64,000 nucleotides of DNA from a virus (IMGVR_UViG_3300044977_000094:96001-160000), one strand, 5' to 3'; shown: positions 43,282-52,767, numbered from the stretch's first letter. Program-made: numbers and translations. Notes: generated by a model not told the origin, from the letters alone.

Positions 43282-46200
43282 CTAGCCGCTCAGTGCGAGC
43301 GCCAGTTCCCTCTTCATGGCCGCCTTCTCCTCGGCGTTCGGCAGTGCCGACCCGTAGAAGTTCTGAACCACCTGCTCGCCCCCCATCGGAGTCGACAGGC
43401 TGGAGGGGGCAGCGGCATCGCGCTCCAGAGCTACAGTGAGACGCTCGAACAGGTCCGTCTGGCGCGGCGACAGCACGCGCTCCGGCAGCGGAGTCCCCTT
43501 CGGGAGCATCCCCATGCCGGTGGCGATGCCACCTTCATCGAAGGTGCCCCATCCCATGGCCTTGTAGACGGCGTTGGCCGACGCCATGCGCTGCGGCAGC
43601 GAAGAGGTCAGATTCGCTGGCCGCTCGTAGTAGTCCTGGTAGATCTGGGCTGCGTTCGACGCGCTGGTGGCACGGTTGACGAGCCCCGGGCCGCCGCCCC
43701 ACGACAGGATCGCGTTGAGCTGCGTCATCAGGTCCGCCTGAGCGTTCCCGGTGATGTAGCCGGGCGGGTACGGCGTCCACTGGATCAGGCCACCACCCCC
43801 GCCGCCGCCGATCTCCAGGATCTCCGGATTACCGCCCGACTCGGCGTCGATGTTGCCCGCCACGCCGGCGGCCGCGAACTTGCTGAACCCGTGCGTGGAA
43901 AGGAACTGCGCGATCGCCTTCCAGTTCTCCGGCAGCGATCCGACTGCGCCGGAGCTACCGCCGGGGAGCTGCTGCTGGCCGTGGCCGCCGCCGCCGAAAC
44001 CGAGCAGGTTGACGATCTGCCCGGCCGCACGGCTGATCAGCGTCTTCGGCAGGCCCAGCATCATCTGCCCGAGGTCCCCGGTGGCCTTCGTCCCCACGAA
44101 CGCGTCGAGCGCGTTCGTCAGAGCACTGGTGTTCCCGGTCGCGAGCGCCGCGACGATCTTGCCGATGTCGTAGGTCTTCGAGATCGTCGAGGTGACCCCG
44201 TGCCAGATGCCCTTCGCCAGGCCAGCGATCCCACCACCACTGAAGCCCATGACGGCATGCTCGGCGCCGTGCTCCGCTGGCTTCTCGACACCGCGCTTGC
44301 GGAGCTGCTTCTTCAACTCCTTCCCGAGCTCGCTCTTGTGCTGGTCGTCGTCGCCCGCGATGCCGCCGCCCGCGAAGGCGTGCGGGCCAGACTTCCTGCC
44401 ATGGCCATAGGTCGCGTTGAGACCGTGGACTGTCTCCGGCCCGATCGCCTGCACGGCCTCGGGCACAAGGACACCCTCACCGGGACTGAGGACCGCGGGG
44501 ATGGAGTCATGCCCCGGCGCGTAGCCGGGCAGGACGCCACCACCGGCGAGCTTCGGGATGTCGGGCAGCGCGATGCTGCCAAGCCCGACCTTATTGACGA
44601 CCCGGTTCCACAGGTTCTCAATTCCGTCCGTATAGACGCTCGTGATCAGGAAATTCACGGGCGTCTTAAAGACGTCTTCCAGCTTTCCCCAGATTTCACC
44701 CAGGTCGGAAACGAAGCCCTCGGCCCCGGACTTGATTCCGCCCCAGACGTCCTCGACCGTGGACTTTATGCCGCCCCAAATCGAATTCCAATGCTGGGCC
44801 AGTTCGATCAATCCGAGGGCTATCAGGCCATTCGGACCGAGCAACAATAGCAGGTATTTTCCGAATCCGTCGTAGATAAACTTCCACGCGTCCTCGGCCC
44901 AGGTCTTGATGTCCCCCCAGACCTGCTTCCAGTGCGTCGCCAGGTAGATGATCGCCGTGACCAGCAGGCCGATCGCGATCGTGATGCCGCCGGTCGCGCC
45001 GTCCTCCACCGTTCCGGCCTCGACCGCCGACGCCTCCTCGGCCTCGTTCTCAGCCTCAACGGCCGTGGCGTTGGCGCCGTTCTCCTCGGCCATCTCCGCA
45101 GAGTCCGCCTCTTCCTCCTGCGTTTCCTTTCCGTAGCCGGTCACGAAATTCTTGACCGACGTCGCCGCATTGCCCATCATGGCGCCGATTTTCGACGCCA
45201 TATTCTGGATCGCCTGGACGCCGTTGCTGGCGAACTGGCCCAGTTTCTGGCCCGCCGTGGAAAGGTAGCCGGGAAGGGTGGTGGTGAAGAAAGTCGACGT
45301 CTTGCCCCAGGCGCCGGAGATGCCCTCGGCGGCCTGCATGCCGCGCAGTCGGATGCCGTCCCAGACGCCGCCGGGCCCGAAGACCTTGGAGAAGACCCCG
45401 GCGACCTTGCCGGGGATGCTCGACAGGCCACTCCACGCCTTGCCGATCTTGGTGGCCATCGACGACATCTTCCCGGGGATCCCGGTGATCATCTTGTAAC
45501 CGGCGGAGATCGCCTCGAACGGGGCCTTGCCCCACTTGACGAGCGTCTTCATCGTCAACAGCCCAGCCACGACGGAGCCGAGTACCTTGGCGACGGTGCC
45601 GTTGGGGTGCGCGTTCAGGTACCGGGTCAGCGGCGCCAAAGCGGTCGCCACCAGGCCGATGATCGTACCCAGGCCGGGGCCCAGGTTCGAGATGATGTGG
45701 CCCGCGGCCTGCAGGAAGCTGTTGATCGGCCCCTGGAAATGGCTGATCGTGCCAGCGAACTTCGTCAGCCCATTGGCGATCCCGGCCAGGACCCCGGCGA
45801 TGCCGTCAACGGCCCCCTTCTTGGAGCCGATCTTCGCCAACTCCTGCACGAACGTGGCGAAGGCGGGCAGCACGATGTTGGCGAACTTGATGCCGTTGCT
45901 GATCAACCCGTCCAGCACGTGGGCGAACTGCGGCGTCGCCATCTGCTTGCCGAACGACGCGAAGCTCTTGCCGATGGCCTGGCCCATCCGGGTCACACCC
46001 TTGGTGATCTCCGGCATCAGCGTCGCCAGACCGGTCAACCACACCGACATGCCCGGCAACACAGCGTTCTGCGCCGAGTCCCGCAGCTTGTCGTACGCGC
46101 CCTTCATCCCCAAGATCTGGTTCACGAACGCCCGGCCGGTCGGCGTCAGCCGTGCCATATCCTTCGCGAACTCGTTCGCGGCCTCGTTGGACGTGGACTT

Positions 46201-47703
46201 CGTCGCAGCCATCGCCAGCTGCTGCTCTTTGATGGTGTTGGTGACGTTCCGCTCGGCGATCGCGACCTGCTGCGCGTCCATCTTCTGCTGGAACGCGGCG
46301 TGCTCCTGCGCCGCCGCCAACTGCCGCTGCGCCTGCTGGACCTGCGCCGCATTGTTCAGCTCTGTGACGGTCAGCGTCTGCTGCGCCTCGGAATACTGGG
46401 CCTGCGCATCGGTCTGCGCATACGTCGCCGCCACCACGCCCTGCTTGGCCTGGATGACCGTCTGCGACCCGGCCACGCCCTGCTTGTTCGCCAGGTTCGC
46501 CGCATACGCCGCAGCGGTCTCCTGATCGGAGGCGTCCTTGAGCTGCTGCTGAGCCTGCAGCACCGCCAGCGCCGCCTGCTGGCGGTCGATGCTCGTGCTG
46601 TAGGCGTTCTGGTCCACCAGCCGCTGGTTGTACAGGGCCTGCTGGATCGCCAGCTGTGCGGCCGACACCGACAACTTCGAGTCGGAGAGCTGGTCGTCGA
46701 GCTGCGTGATCTGCTCGCGGGCCTGCACCCACGCCTGCGTCAGGTTGTACTGCGCCTCGGACAGGCCGTAGTTGGCCTGCTCGACGCCCTGCTCGGCCTG
46801 CTTCACCGACTGCAGCGCCTGCACCTGCGCCTGCGCGGCATTACGGGTGACCTCGGCCAGGTTCGTCTCCGCCGAGGCGATGGACTGGGCAGCGGTGACC
46901 GCGTCCTGGCCGGCCTGCTCGCGGGTCGTGGTGACGGTCTGCTGCGCCTGCTGGACCTGAACCTGGTTGTCGAAGTTCGTCGACGCCAACTGCGCGCCGG
47001 TCAGGCCGACGTTCAGCGCGGACTGGTGCGCCGCCGACAGGGCCTTGGCCACACCACCCAGTGCCAGGCCACCGGTGACACCCAGGAGCCCCGCGCCCGT
47101 GGCTGCGCCCGCCAGGCCGGGCATGAGAGCCCCGACGCCCAGAGTCAGCGCGCCCAGGAAGCCGCCGCCCTCACCACCACCGCCACCACCCCCGCCGCCT
47201 CCACCGCCGGAGGCGCCAAGGGACGGGCCGCCGGACTGCGCCGCGAATGCATCCAGCGCAGCCTGCGCGGCGGTGAGCCGCTCGTCGAACTCCGTGGTGT
47301 CCAGCGTCAGACGCGGATCGGCCCGCCGGGCATCCAGATCGTCCAGCTTGGCCTTGGCATCTTCCGACTTGGCGTCGAGGTCGGCCGCCTCAAGGGTGAC
47401 CTCGGGCCGCGCCTCCTTGCCGTCCAGGTCGTCCAGCTTGGCCTTGGCGTCGTCGACCTTCGCGTCGAGGTCGGCCGCGTCGAGACTGACCCGCGGCTCG
47501 GCGGTGGCACTGCCCAGGTCGTCGACCTTCGCCCGGACATCGTCGGCTTTCGCGTCCAGCTCGGAGGTGTCCAGGCCGACCTTGACGTCCGCCTCGACAC
47601 CCGCCACGGCCTCGTCCAGCGCGGCCTGCAACTGCTCCTTGAAGCCCTCCGTGTCGGGGCTGACCTCCACCCACGCAGACGCGATCTTGAAGCCTTCGGG
47701 CAT
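43282..47703 (-). CDS. Tape measure protein with C-terminal phage-tail lysozyme domain
   Basis: 1473 aa, Ala/Gln coiled coil; AGVAGNIDAESGGNP...GLIQWT...YYERP. Confidence 0.92.
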   Translation of the reverse strand: MPEGFKIASAWVEVSPDTEGFKEQLQAALDEAVAGVEADVKVGLDTSELDAKADDVRAKVDDLGSATAEPRVSLDAADLDAKVDDAKAKLDDLDGKEARPEVTLEAADLDAKSEDAKAKLDDLDARRADPRLTLDTTEFDERLTAAQAALDAFAAQSGGPSLGASGGGGGGGGGGGGEGGGFLGALTLGVGALMPGLAGAATGAGLLGVTGGLALGGVAKALSAAHQSALNVGLTGAQLASTNFDNQVQVQQAQQTVTTTREQAGQDAVTAAQSIASAETNLAEVTRNAAQAQVQALQSVKQAEQGVEQANYGLSEAQYNLTQAWVQAREQITQLDDQLSDSKLSVSAAQLAIQQALYNQRLVDQNAYSTSIDRQQAALAVLQAQQQLKDASDQETAAAYAANLANKQGVAGSQTVIQAKQGVVAATYAQTDAQAQYSEAQQTLTVTELNNAAQVQQAQRQLAAAQEHAAFQQKMDAQQVAIAERNVTNTIKEQQLAMAATKSTSNEAANEFAKDMARLTPTGRAFVNQILGMKGAYDKLRDSAQNAVLPGMSVWLTGLATLMPEITKGVTRMGQAIGKSFASFGKQMATPQFAHVLDGLISNGIKFANIVLPAFATFVQELAKIGSKKGAVDGIAGVLAGIANGLTKFAGTISHFQGPINSFLQAAGHIISNLGPGLGTIIGLVATALAPLTRYLNAHPNGTVAKVLGSVVAGLLTMKTLVKWGKAPFEAISAGYKMITGIPGKMSSMATKIGKAWSGLSSIPGKVAGVFSKVFGPGGVWDGIRLRGMQAAEGISGAWGKTSTFFTTTLPGYLSTAGQKLGQFASNGVQAIQNMASKIGAMMGNAATSVKNFVTGYGKETQEEEADSAEMAEENGANATAVEAENEAEEASAVEAGTVEDGATGGITIAIGLLVTAIIYLATHWKQVWGDIKTWAEDAWKFIYDGFGKYLLLLLGPNGLIALGLIELAQHWNSIWGGIKSTVEDVWGGIKSGAEGFVSDLGEIWGKLEDVFKTPVNFLITSVYTDGIENLWNRVVNKVGLGSIALPDIPKLAGGGVLPGYAPGHDSIPAVLSPGEGVLVPEAVQAIGPETVHGLNATYGHGRKSGPHAFAGGGIAGDDDQHKSELGKELKKQLRKRGVEKPAEHGAEHAVMGFSGGGIAGLAKGIWHGVTSTISKTYDIGKIVAALATGNTSALTNALDAFVGTKATGDLGQMMLGLPKTLISRAAGQIVNLLGFGGGGHGQQQLPGGSSGAVGSLPENWKAIAQFLSTHGFSKFAAAGVAGNIDAESGGNPEILEIGGGGGGGLIQWTPYPPGYITGNAQADLMTQLNAILSWGGGPGLVNRATSASNAAQIYQDYYERPANLTSSLPQRMASANAVYKAMGWGTFDEGGIATGMGMLPKGTPLPERVLSPRQTDLFERLTVALERDAAAPSSLSTPMGGEQVVQNFYGSALPNAEEKAAMKRELALALSG

Positions 47704-47729
47704 GACAGGTCACCCCCCGCCATATCCGG

Positions 47730-48050
47730 TCATCCGAAGCTGAAAACACCGGCAAACGCCGGCTCCGCCATCAGCGTGGTCCGCGTCCCGGGATTGATCT
47801 GATCGCCACCGCGGGCAGGCCCACTGGCTGCCTTCGGAGCGGGACGCCGATCCTTGTTCTGCTCCGCCAGCGCCCGGGACTGCATGACGCCGGTATAGGC
47901 CGGCAGCCGCCACGCCAGCTTGAAGAACGTCGGGCCGTCCAGGGCGGTGGCGTCGTCGATCCGGTGGAAAGCGCTCAGGTCACTGGCGATGTCGTCCAGG
48001 TAGTCCAGCATCCACGCGACCTGATTCACGCGCTCTTCTAGTCTTTTGGG
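47730..48050 (-). CDS. Tail assembly chaperone, -1 frameshift extension (GT-like)
   Basis: The -1 frame is open from the slippery site into ORF 47730..48029. Confidence 0.8.
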   Translation of the reverse strand, partial: PKRLEERVNQVAWMLDYLDDIASDLSAFHRIDDATALDGPTFFKLAWRLPAYTGVMQSRALAEQNKDRRPAPKAASGPARGGDQINPGTRTTLMAEPAFAGVFSFG

Positions 48051-48472
48051 AGCTCCAGGCCCCCGAGGGTGATCCGCATCGCGATCTCACCGATCTGCAT
48101 GAACTGGGCCGGGGTGAGCTCGTCGTACTCCCGCAGCGCCCGGTAGCCCGCATCCCCAAGGAGCCGGTTCAGCAGGAAGTCGATCGCCGCCAGCTCGCCG
48201 CCGGTCCGGAACAGGTGCAGCGCCTCCAGGGCGATGTTCATGCCCGGCTTGGCCTCGATCGAGTACACGGTGTCGTCGATGCTGAACAGCGGCACCCGCG
48301 GCCGTTCAGCCTCCGGCGAGCTGACCAGGCGGATCATCTCGAAGTCCGCCTCGGGGAGCGGCGCCACCGGCGGCAGCGCCTTCCGTGTCCGTGGAGCCGC
48401 CCGCTTCGCCGCAGCGGGCTTCGCTGCCGGGCGCTTGGCGGCCGTCTTGGTGGCCTTCACTGTGGCAGCCAT
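48038..48472 (-). CDS. Tail assembly chaperone (G-like)
   Basis: Between tail tube and tape measure; ends CTC CCA AAA GAC TAG. Confidence 0.85.
   Translation of the reverse strand: MAATVKATKTAAKRPAAKPAAAKRAAPRTRKALPPVAPLPEADFEMIRLVSSPEAERPRVPLFSIDDTVYSIEAKPGMNIALEALHLFRTGGELAAIDFLLNRLLGDAGYRALREYDELTPAQFMQIGEIAMRITLGGLELPKD
48044..48050 (-). other. Programmed -1 ribosomal frameshift site CCCAAAA
   Basis: X XXY YYZ heptamer in the correct frame at the 3' end of the chaperone gene. Confidence 0.85.
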
Positions 48473-48501
48473 GCCATCTCTCTTAAGGTCAGGGGGTTGG
48501 G

Positions 48502-49092
48502 TCACGCCTGCTGGTCGACGATGTGCACCGGCGTGATCGAGTTCGACACGTAGTAGGCGGTGAAAGTGACGTCGAGCGCCTGCTGGGTCTTCTTGTCGTA
48601 CGCCAGGCTGGCCTTGACCTGCGACAGCACCTTGCGGACGATCACGCGTCGCAGGGCCGGCGCACCGGAGGACAGCATCGGCGCCCACCCGTCGATGATC
48701 AGCGCCGCGTAGGTGGGCTGCGTTGCCGCCGAGCTGACCGGGATGTCGAGGGTGGCGTAGCCGGACCCGCTGCCAGTCGTGCCGATGTTGTTGAGGCTGG
48801 TCTGCAGGTTCGCCAGCGTCATCTCGGACAGCTTGGAGGTGACCGTCATCTTCATCTCGGTCAGGCGCGCGCCGACGTTCATGATGATCTGGTCCACCGA
48901 CAAGTCGGTGTACGTGTTGTCGGTCTCGAAGGTGACGCCGCCGTCGGTGCCGCCGACGTCCGTCCAGGGGCTGCTCGGGGGCGTCGACGGCCCGTTGGGG
49001 GTGACGGCGGAATCGGCGGGCTCGGACGAGCCGAACGGCGCGACATACAGGCGCGCGGGCCCAAGGACCAAATTTGCAGCATTCACGCTCAA
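48502..49092 (-). CDS. Major tail (tube) protein
   Basis: NLVLGPARLYVAPFG...WTDVGGTDGGV...VDQ; TTG start 8 nt after GAGGAG. Confidence 0.88.
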   Translation of the reverse strand: MSVNAANLVLGPARLYVAPFGSSEPADSAVTPNGPSTPPSSPWTDVGGTDGGVTFETDNTYTDLSVDQIIMNVGARLTEMKMTVTSKLSEMTLANLQTSLNNIGTTGSGSGYATLDIPVSSAATQPTYAALIIDGWAPMLSSGAPALRRVIVRKVLSQVKASLAYDKKTQQALDVTFTAYYVSNSITPVHIVDQQA

Positions 49093-49157
49093 TCGGACCA
49101 CTCCTCAGATTTGGAGCCCATCAAATGTCCAACTGGCGTATGGACTTGAGGCTCAAT

Positions 49158-49166
49158 TGGTAGAAT
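49158..49166 (+). promoter_or_regulatory. Extended -10 promoter for a leaderless HNH transcript
   Basis: TG-n-TAGAAT, 8 nt before the ATG at 49175. Confidence 0.6.
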
Positions 49167-49174
49167 TTGCAGTC

Positions 49175-49879
49175 ATGAAGACCTGCAAGCGCGGCCACCT
49201 ATTGACGCCCGAGAACATTGCTCCGAACGGCAGTAGTGGAACCTGTCGGACATGCAAGAACCTTCGCGGGAGGGCCCGCTATTGGAAGAACCCTGAGGGA
49301 AGCAGGGAGTCCGGACGTCAGCGAATGCGAAAGCATCTTGGCCCGCTCAAAGGGCATGCCCAGTCCCGCAAGACGCACTGTCCGCAGGGGCATCCATATG
49401 ACGACGAGAACACTTACGTCAGCCCTCAAGGGCACCGGCAGTGCAAGACGTGCCGACGGTCCCGCGCCATGGAATCGTGGTGGCGCAACCGAGACAAGCG
49501 CACAGCCGAGAACAAGGCCTGGCGCGAGGCTAATCAGGATCGAGTCAGGGCCAGCATTCGCAGATGGCGCGAGGAGAACCGCGAGCGTTCCAACCTGCTC
49601 AGTCGCCTGAAGAAGCAGCGCAAGCGTGCAGCAGGGCGACTGACCGCAGCGGACTGGGAACTTGTGATCGCCACCTACGGGGGTGCTTGTCTCAGCTGCG
49701 CCAAGCCGGAGGTAACTATCGACCACATAGTTCCAGTTTCGGCAGGCGGTCGAAATGAAATCGACAACGTGCAGCCGCTGTGTGGGTTCTGCAACGGAAG
49801 CAAAGGGGTGAAGACTATAGACTTTCGGCCCGCCCCCATCGCGGAACTGCTCGCCGAAGCCGAGAGGTTGGAGCCCTAG
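49175..49879 (+). CDS. HNH endonuclease (probably homing), inverted within the tail operon
   Basis: Two CxxGH...EN...CxxC units and C-terminal CLSC...DHIVP..GG.N...N.QPLCGFCN.SK; lower GC than flanks. Confidence 0.92.
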   Translation: MKTCKRGHLLTPENIAPNGSSGTCRTCKNLRGRARYWKNPEGSRESGRQRMRKHLGPLKGHAQSRKTHCPQGHPYDDENTYVSPQGHRQCKTCRRSRAMESWWRNRDKRTAENKAWREANQDRVRASIRRWREENRERSNLLSRLKKQRKRAAGRLTAADWELVIATYGGACLSCAKPEVTIDHIVPVSAGGRNEIDNVQPLCGFCNGSKGVKTIDFRPAPIAELLAEAERLEP

Positions 49880-49883
49880 GACG

Positions 49884-50249
49884 TTAGAGCACGCCGACGT
49901 ACTGGAGCAGCGCGAGGGTGATGTTCGCGGGGGTGCCGAACGAGACGGTGATCGTGCCGCCCGGGGCTTCCTCGTCCGTGGGGAACGGTCCGATGACGTT
50001 GGTCGCGCTCGCGGTGAGCGTCGGCGTCAGCGGCGAGACGGCTTGGCCTTCGATGGTGGTGCCGATGGCGATGCTGCAGGTGCTGCCGCCGGAGCCAACC
50101 GCGATGACCAGGAACTCGTGGCCCGTGTTCTGCCAGGTCACACCGGTGTTGGAGCCGACGACTCCGGCCGCGATGAGGGTGGTCAGGTTGACGGGGGCGC
50201 TGGCGCCCGTCTTGGGCAGCTGCGTGGGGGTGAGAGTCAGGATGCTCAC
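49884..50249 (-). CDS. Virion structural/decoration-like protein
   Basis: Beta-rich 121 aa in the tail cluster. Confidence 0.65.
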   Translation of the reverse strand: MSILTLTPTQLPKTGASAPVNLTTLIAAGVVGSNTGVTWQNTGHEFLVIAVGSGGSTCSIAIGTTIEGQAVSPLTPTLTASATNVIGPFPTDEEAPGGTITVSFGTPANITLALLQYVGVL

Positions 50250-50434
50250 GGGGCGCCGTCCTTCTTGGTGGTGGTCTTGGCGCCGCCGGCCGGCGGCTCG
50301 GCGTCGGTGGGGGCCTTCTGGCGGAGGAGGCCCTGCGAGCGCAGAACCGGGACCTCGTCAGCGGGGACCTTGATGGGGTCGGCGAACATGGTCACGTCGA
50401 CGGTGACCATGTCGGGGCCGGGCGTGTCGGGCAT
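50246..50434 (-). CDS. Small hypothetical virion-operon protein
   Basis: TM...I.V...E...LRSQGLL pattern typical before tail tube genes. Confidence 0.65.
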   Translation of the reverse strand: MPDTPGPDMVTVDVTMFADPIKVPADEVPVLRSQGLLRQKAPTDAEPPAGGAKTTTKKDGAP

Positions 50435-50444
50435 GGGGGTCCTC

Positions 50445-50942
50445 TCAGTCGAGGCGGTCGTTGACGGTCACCCAGGCCAGAGCCAGGTCGAACTCGTAGC
50501 GGGCGTAGTCGCCCTGGTCGTCGTAGATCCGGCGCGCGGTGGTGGCCATGTACGCCGACTTGACGACCGCGGGCGGGTAGACGACGCCGTTGACGTCGAT
50601 CACCAGCGGGCGCGAGATGTTGTAGCGGTCCAACGTGGCGCGCCGGATCGCGGACGCCATGGCGGCGGCCTTGAGCCACGGCGGTTTGTTGCTGCCGGGA
50701 ACGGTGGCCCAGCAGTCCACCTGGATCACGGGGCATCCGACGGGCAGCGCATCATCGGGCGTCCCGCCGGAGACTGCGACGGTCGCGAAGCCGGTGGTGA
50801 TCCAGGCGGCCGGCGTGCCGGTGTCGTCGACGTCCGGCGGCAGTTGGGTGCCGACCATGGCGGAGGTGAAGCCGGGGACGGTGGCGATCCACGCCGTCGC
50901 GACGAGCTCGTCCGTCGTCTCCAGGGGAAGGGGAGTTGTCAC
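50445..50942 (-). CDS. Tail terminator-like protein
   Basis: PVIQVDCWA...KPPW; position. Confidence 0.7.
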   Translation of the reverse strand: MTTPLPLETTDELVATAWIATVPGFTSAMVGTQLPPDVDDTGTPAAWITTGFATVAVSGGTPDDALPVGCPVIQVDCWATVPGSNKPPWLKAAAMASAIRRATLDRYNISRPLVIDVNGVVYPPAVVKSAYMATTARRIYDDQGDYARYEFDLALAWVTVNDRLD

Positions 50943-50955
50943 CGCACCCCCCGGT

Positions 50956-51291
50956 CTAGTCGCCGCGTTCCTGGTAGAGGGCAGGCCGCAGGAAGGGCTG
51001 GGGCGGCACGACTTCGGGTCCGGTGATCCCGGTGCTGGGGTGGTAGACCCGGTGGCCGAGTTCGACGTAGGCGGCGTAGGTGCGCCCCTGGTCGCCGCCG
51101 GTGGCGGAGACGATCAGGTTGCCGTCCTCGATGTGGGACTCGATCGAGTCCTTGAGCGACCCGGTGCGTTCGGGGCAGTAGCGTGCCGCGTCGCCGGCGA
51201 TGTCCGGTCCGAGGCGCCATTCGAAGAAGTCCTCGGTGGCCGCGTCGACTTGCTCCGCCCACTGGTCGTCCACGGTGACCCGGCTGGCCAT
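50956..51291 (-). CDS. HK97 gp10-like head-tail protein
   Basis: CPERTGSLKDSI...YAAYVELG...QPFLRPAL. Confidence 0.85.
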   Translation of the reverse strand: MASRVTVDDQWAEQVDAATEDFFEWRLGPDIAGDAARYCPERTGSLKDSIESHIEDGNLIVSATGGDQGRTYAAYVELGHRVYHPSTGITGPEVVPPQPFLRPALYQERGD

Positions 51292-51303
51292 GGGGGGAGC
51301 CTC

Positions 51304-51660
51304 CTAGTCCGAGCCGGTGCCGACGCCGGAGCGCCAGCGCAGGGTGAGGATCTTGTCGGGTGGGATGCCGGTGGGTCCGGTGGGCTGGACCTGGATGTCC
51401 TGGATCATGTAGTAGTTCCCGCTGATCTCATCCATGATCGTGTCCGAGTCCAGGACATCCACCCAGCCCGCGACCACCGCTATGGACGTGCGGATCGTCC
51501 GGGGCTGCTGCGTGGCCGGGTCCCACGTCTGCTTGCTGGACTCGTTGACCGCGGCCGGGACACCCGTCTTGATCGGCGTACCGACGTCCGACTCGTCGCC
51601 GTAGGCGTTCACGGCCGTGCCGCGCATGATGGTCAGTCGAGTGTTGGCGATCTCCATCAT
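51304..51660 (-). CDS. Head-tail stopper / closure protein
   Basis: ANT..TI.RGT..NAYGD pattern; position. Confidence 0.7.
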   Translation of the reverse strand: MMEIANTRLTIMRGTAVNAYGDESDVGTPIKTGVPAAVNESSKQTWDPATQQPRTIRTSIAVVAGWVDVLDSDTIMDEISGNYYMIQDIQVQPTGPTGIPPDKILTLRWRSGVGTGSD

Positions 51661-51667
51661 CAGCGGC

Positions 51668-52420
51668 CTACCAGTTGATCAGTGCGGCACTGCCCAGGAC
51701 ACCGGCCGCGTGCAGGATCGCCGCAGCCTGGGGAGCCAGCGGAGGGAACGTCATCGCGGTCATCGCCGACACCCGCGACGTCGACACGCCGCCCATCGAG
51801 GTGCTGCCGTACTGCCGCTTCACGCCCGTCGGATCGTTGTCCGCCAGCATGAACTGGCACTGCGCACTGGTGGCCCGGGACAGGACGTCGATCAGCAGCG
51901 GATCGGTCGGCATGCCGTTGGCGTTCGTGGCGTACACGGCGCCGATCAGGTAGTGGTCCATCGCTTCCGACGCCCGCTGGAGCGTCACGCAGACCAGGTC
52001 ATCAGGCGTGAACTGGTCCCCCGACCAAGCCCGGTAGGCCGCCACCGTGGCGTACATGCCGGGAGCCGGCGACCCCGACGCGACCGCGGCGACGGTCACC
52101 GTCCACACGTAGTTCACTGCCGTACCGCCGACCGTGCCGGACCAGGTGACCAGGTAGTCACCGACGGACTGCCCGGCGGGGCACGACCACACGTACTGGA
52201 ACAGGCCGTTCCCGTCGAGTCCCACCACCCCGGTGGAGGTGGTGGCCACCGGCGTGCCCGTGCCGCCGCTGGCCGTTGCAGCGGCGGAGATGGTCACCGT
52301 CACGCCGGATGCCGGGGCCCCCTGGCCGGAGCCGGGGAAGGTCTCGAACAGCTGCGTGAGGCTGATCTGTGCGCCCTGCAGGACGTCGGACTGCTGGTTG
52401 CCCAGGATCGTGAACGACAT
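51668..52420 (-). CDS. Head-tail adaptor with N-terminal Ig-like domain
   Basis: C-terminal half YAT...L.RAS..MD...ATSAQ...LAPQA..IL; N-terminal half beta-rich. Confidence 0.75.
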   Translation of the reverse strand: MSFTILGNQQSDVLQGAQISLTQLFETFPGSGQGAPASGVTVTISAAATASGGTGTPVATTSTGVVGLDGNGLFQYVWSCPAGQSVGDYLVTWSGTVGGTAVNYVWTVTVAAVASGSPAPGMYATVAAYRAWSGDQFTPDDLVCVTLQRASEAMDHYLIGAVYATNANGMPTDPLLIDVLSRATSAQCQFMLADNDPTGVKRQYGSTSMGGVSTSRVSAMTAMTFPPLAPQAAAILHAAGVLGSAALINW

Positions 52421-52434
52421 GACCGGCCCACCCC

Positions 52435-52767
52435 TCAGGTGTTGTGCGCCCCGGTGAGCAGGTCGATGAGTTCGGCCTTGGTCAGGGCGACCGCAGCGGC
52501 GCGGTCCATGCCCTGCGACACGGCGAACTCCGTCCACGTCGCCCGGTTGTCGGCCCGCTTGGGCAGCGGGACGGCGTCGGGAACATCGACGGCCTCGGCG
52601 GGTTCCGGCTCGTCGTGGCCCGGCTCGCGCCACGGCGACCCGTCCTCGTTGACCTGCACCAGGTCGCCCCGGTGCAGGCGGTGGGCAATGCCCGGGGGGA
52701 GCGGCACGTCGAAGCAGTGCAGCGCGCCGTTCTCCCCCCGGATCCACATCGTGTCAGCCATCGTCAC
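52435..52767 (-). CDS. Hypothetical head-associated protein
   Basis: C-terminal W..FAV..G.....LTKAELIDLL helical motif. Confidence 0.7.
   Translation of the reverse strand: MTMADTMWIRGENGALHCFDVPLPPGIAHRLHRGDLVQVNEDGSPWREPGHDEPEPAEAVDVPDAVPLPKRADNRATWTEFAVSQGMDRAAAVALTKAELIDLLTGAHNT

Noticed and set aside
44932-47802. Long plus-strand ORFs (also 12198..14048, 37217..39208, 57138..59243, 59638..61239)
   Set aside because: Antisense shadows of clear minus-strand genes, expected in high-GC DNA, with no recognisable motifs.
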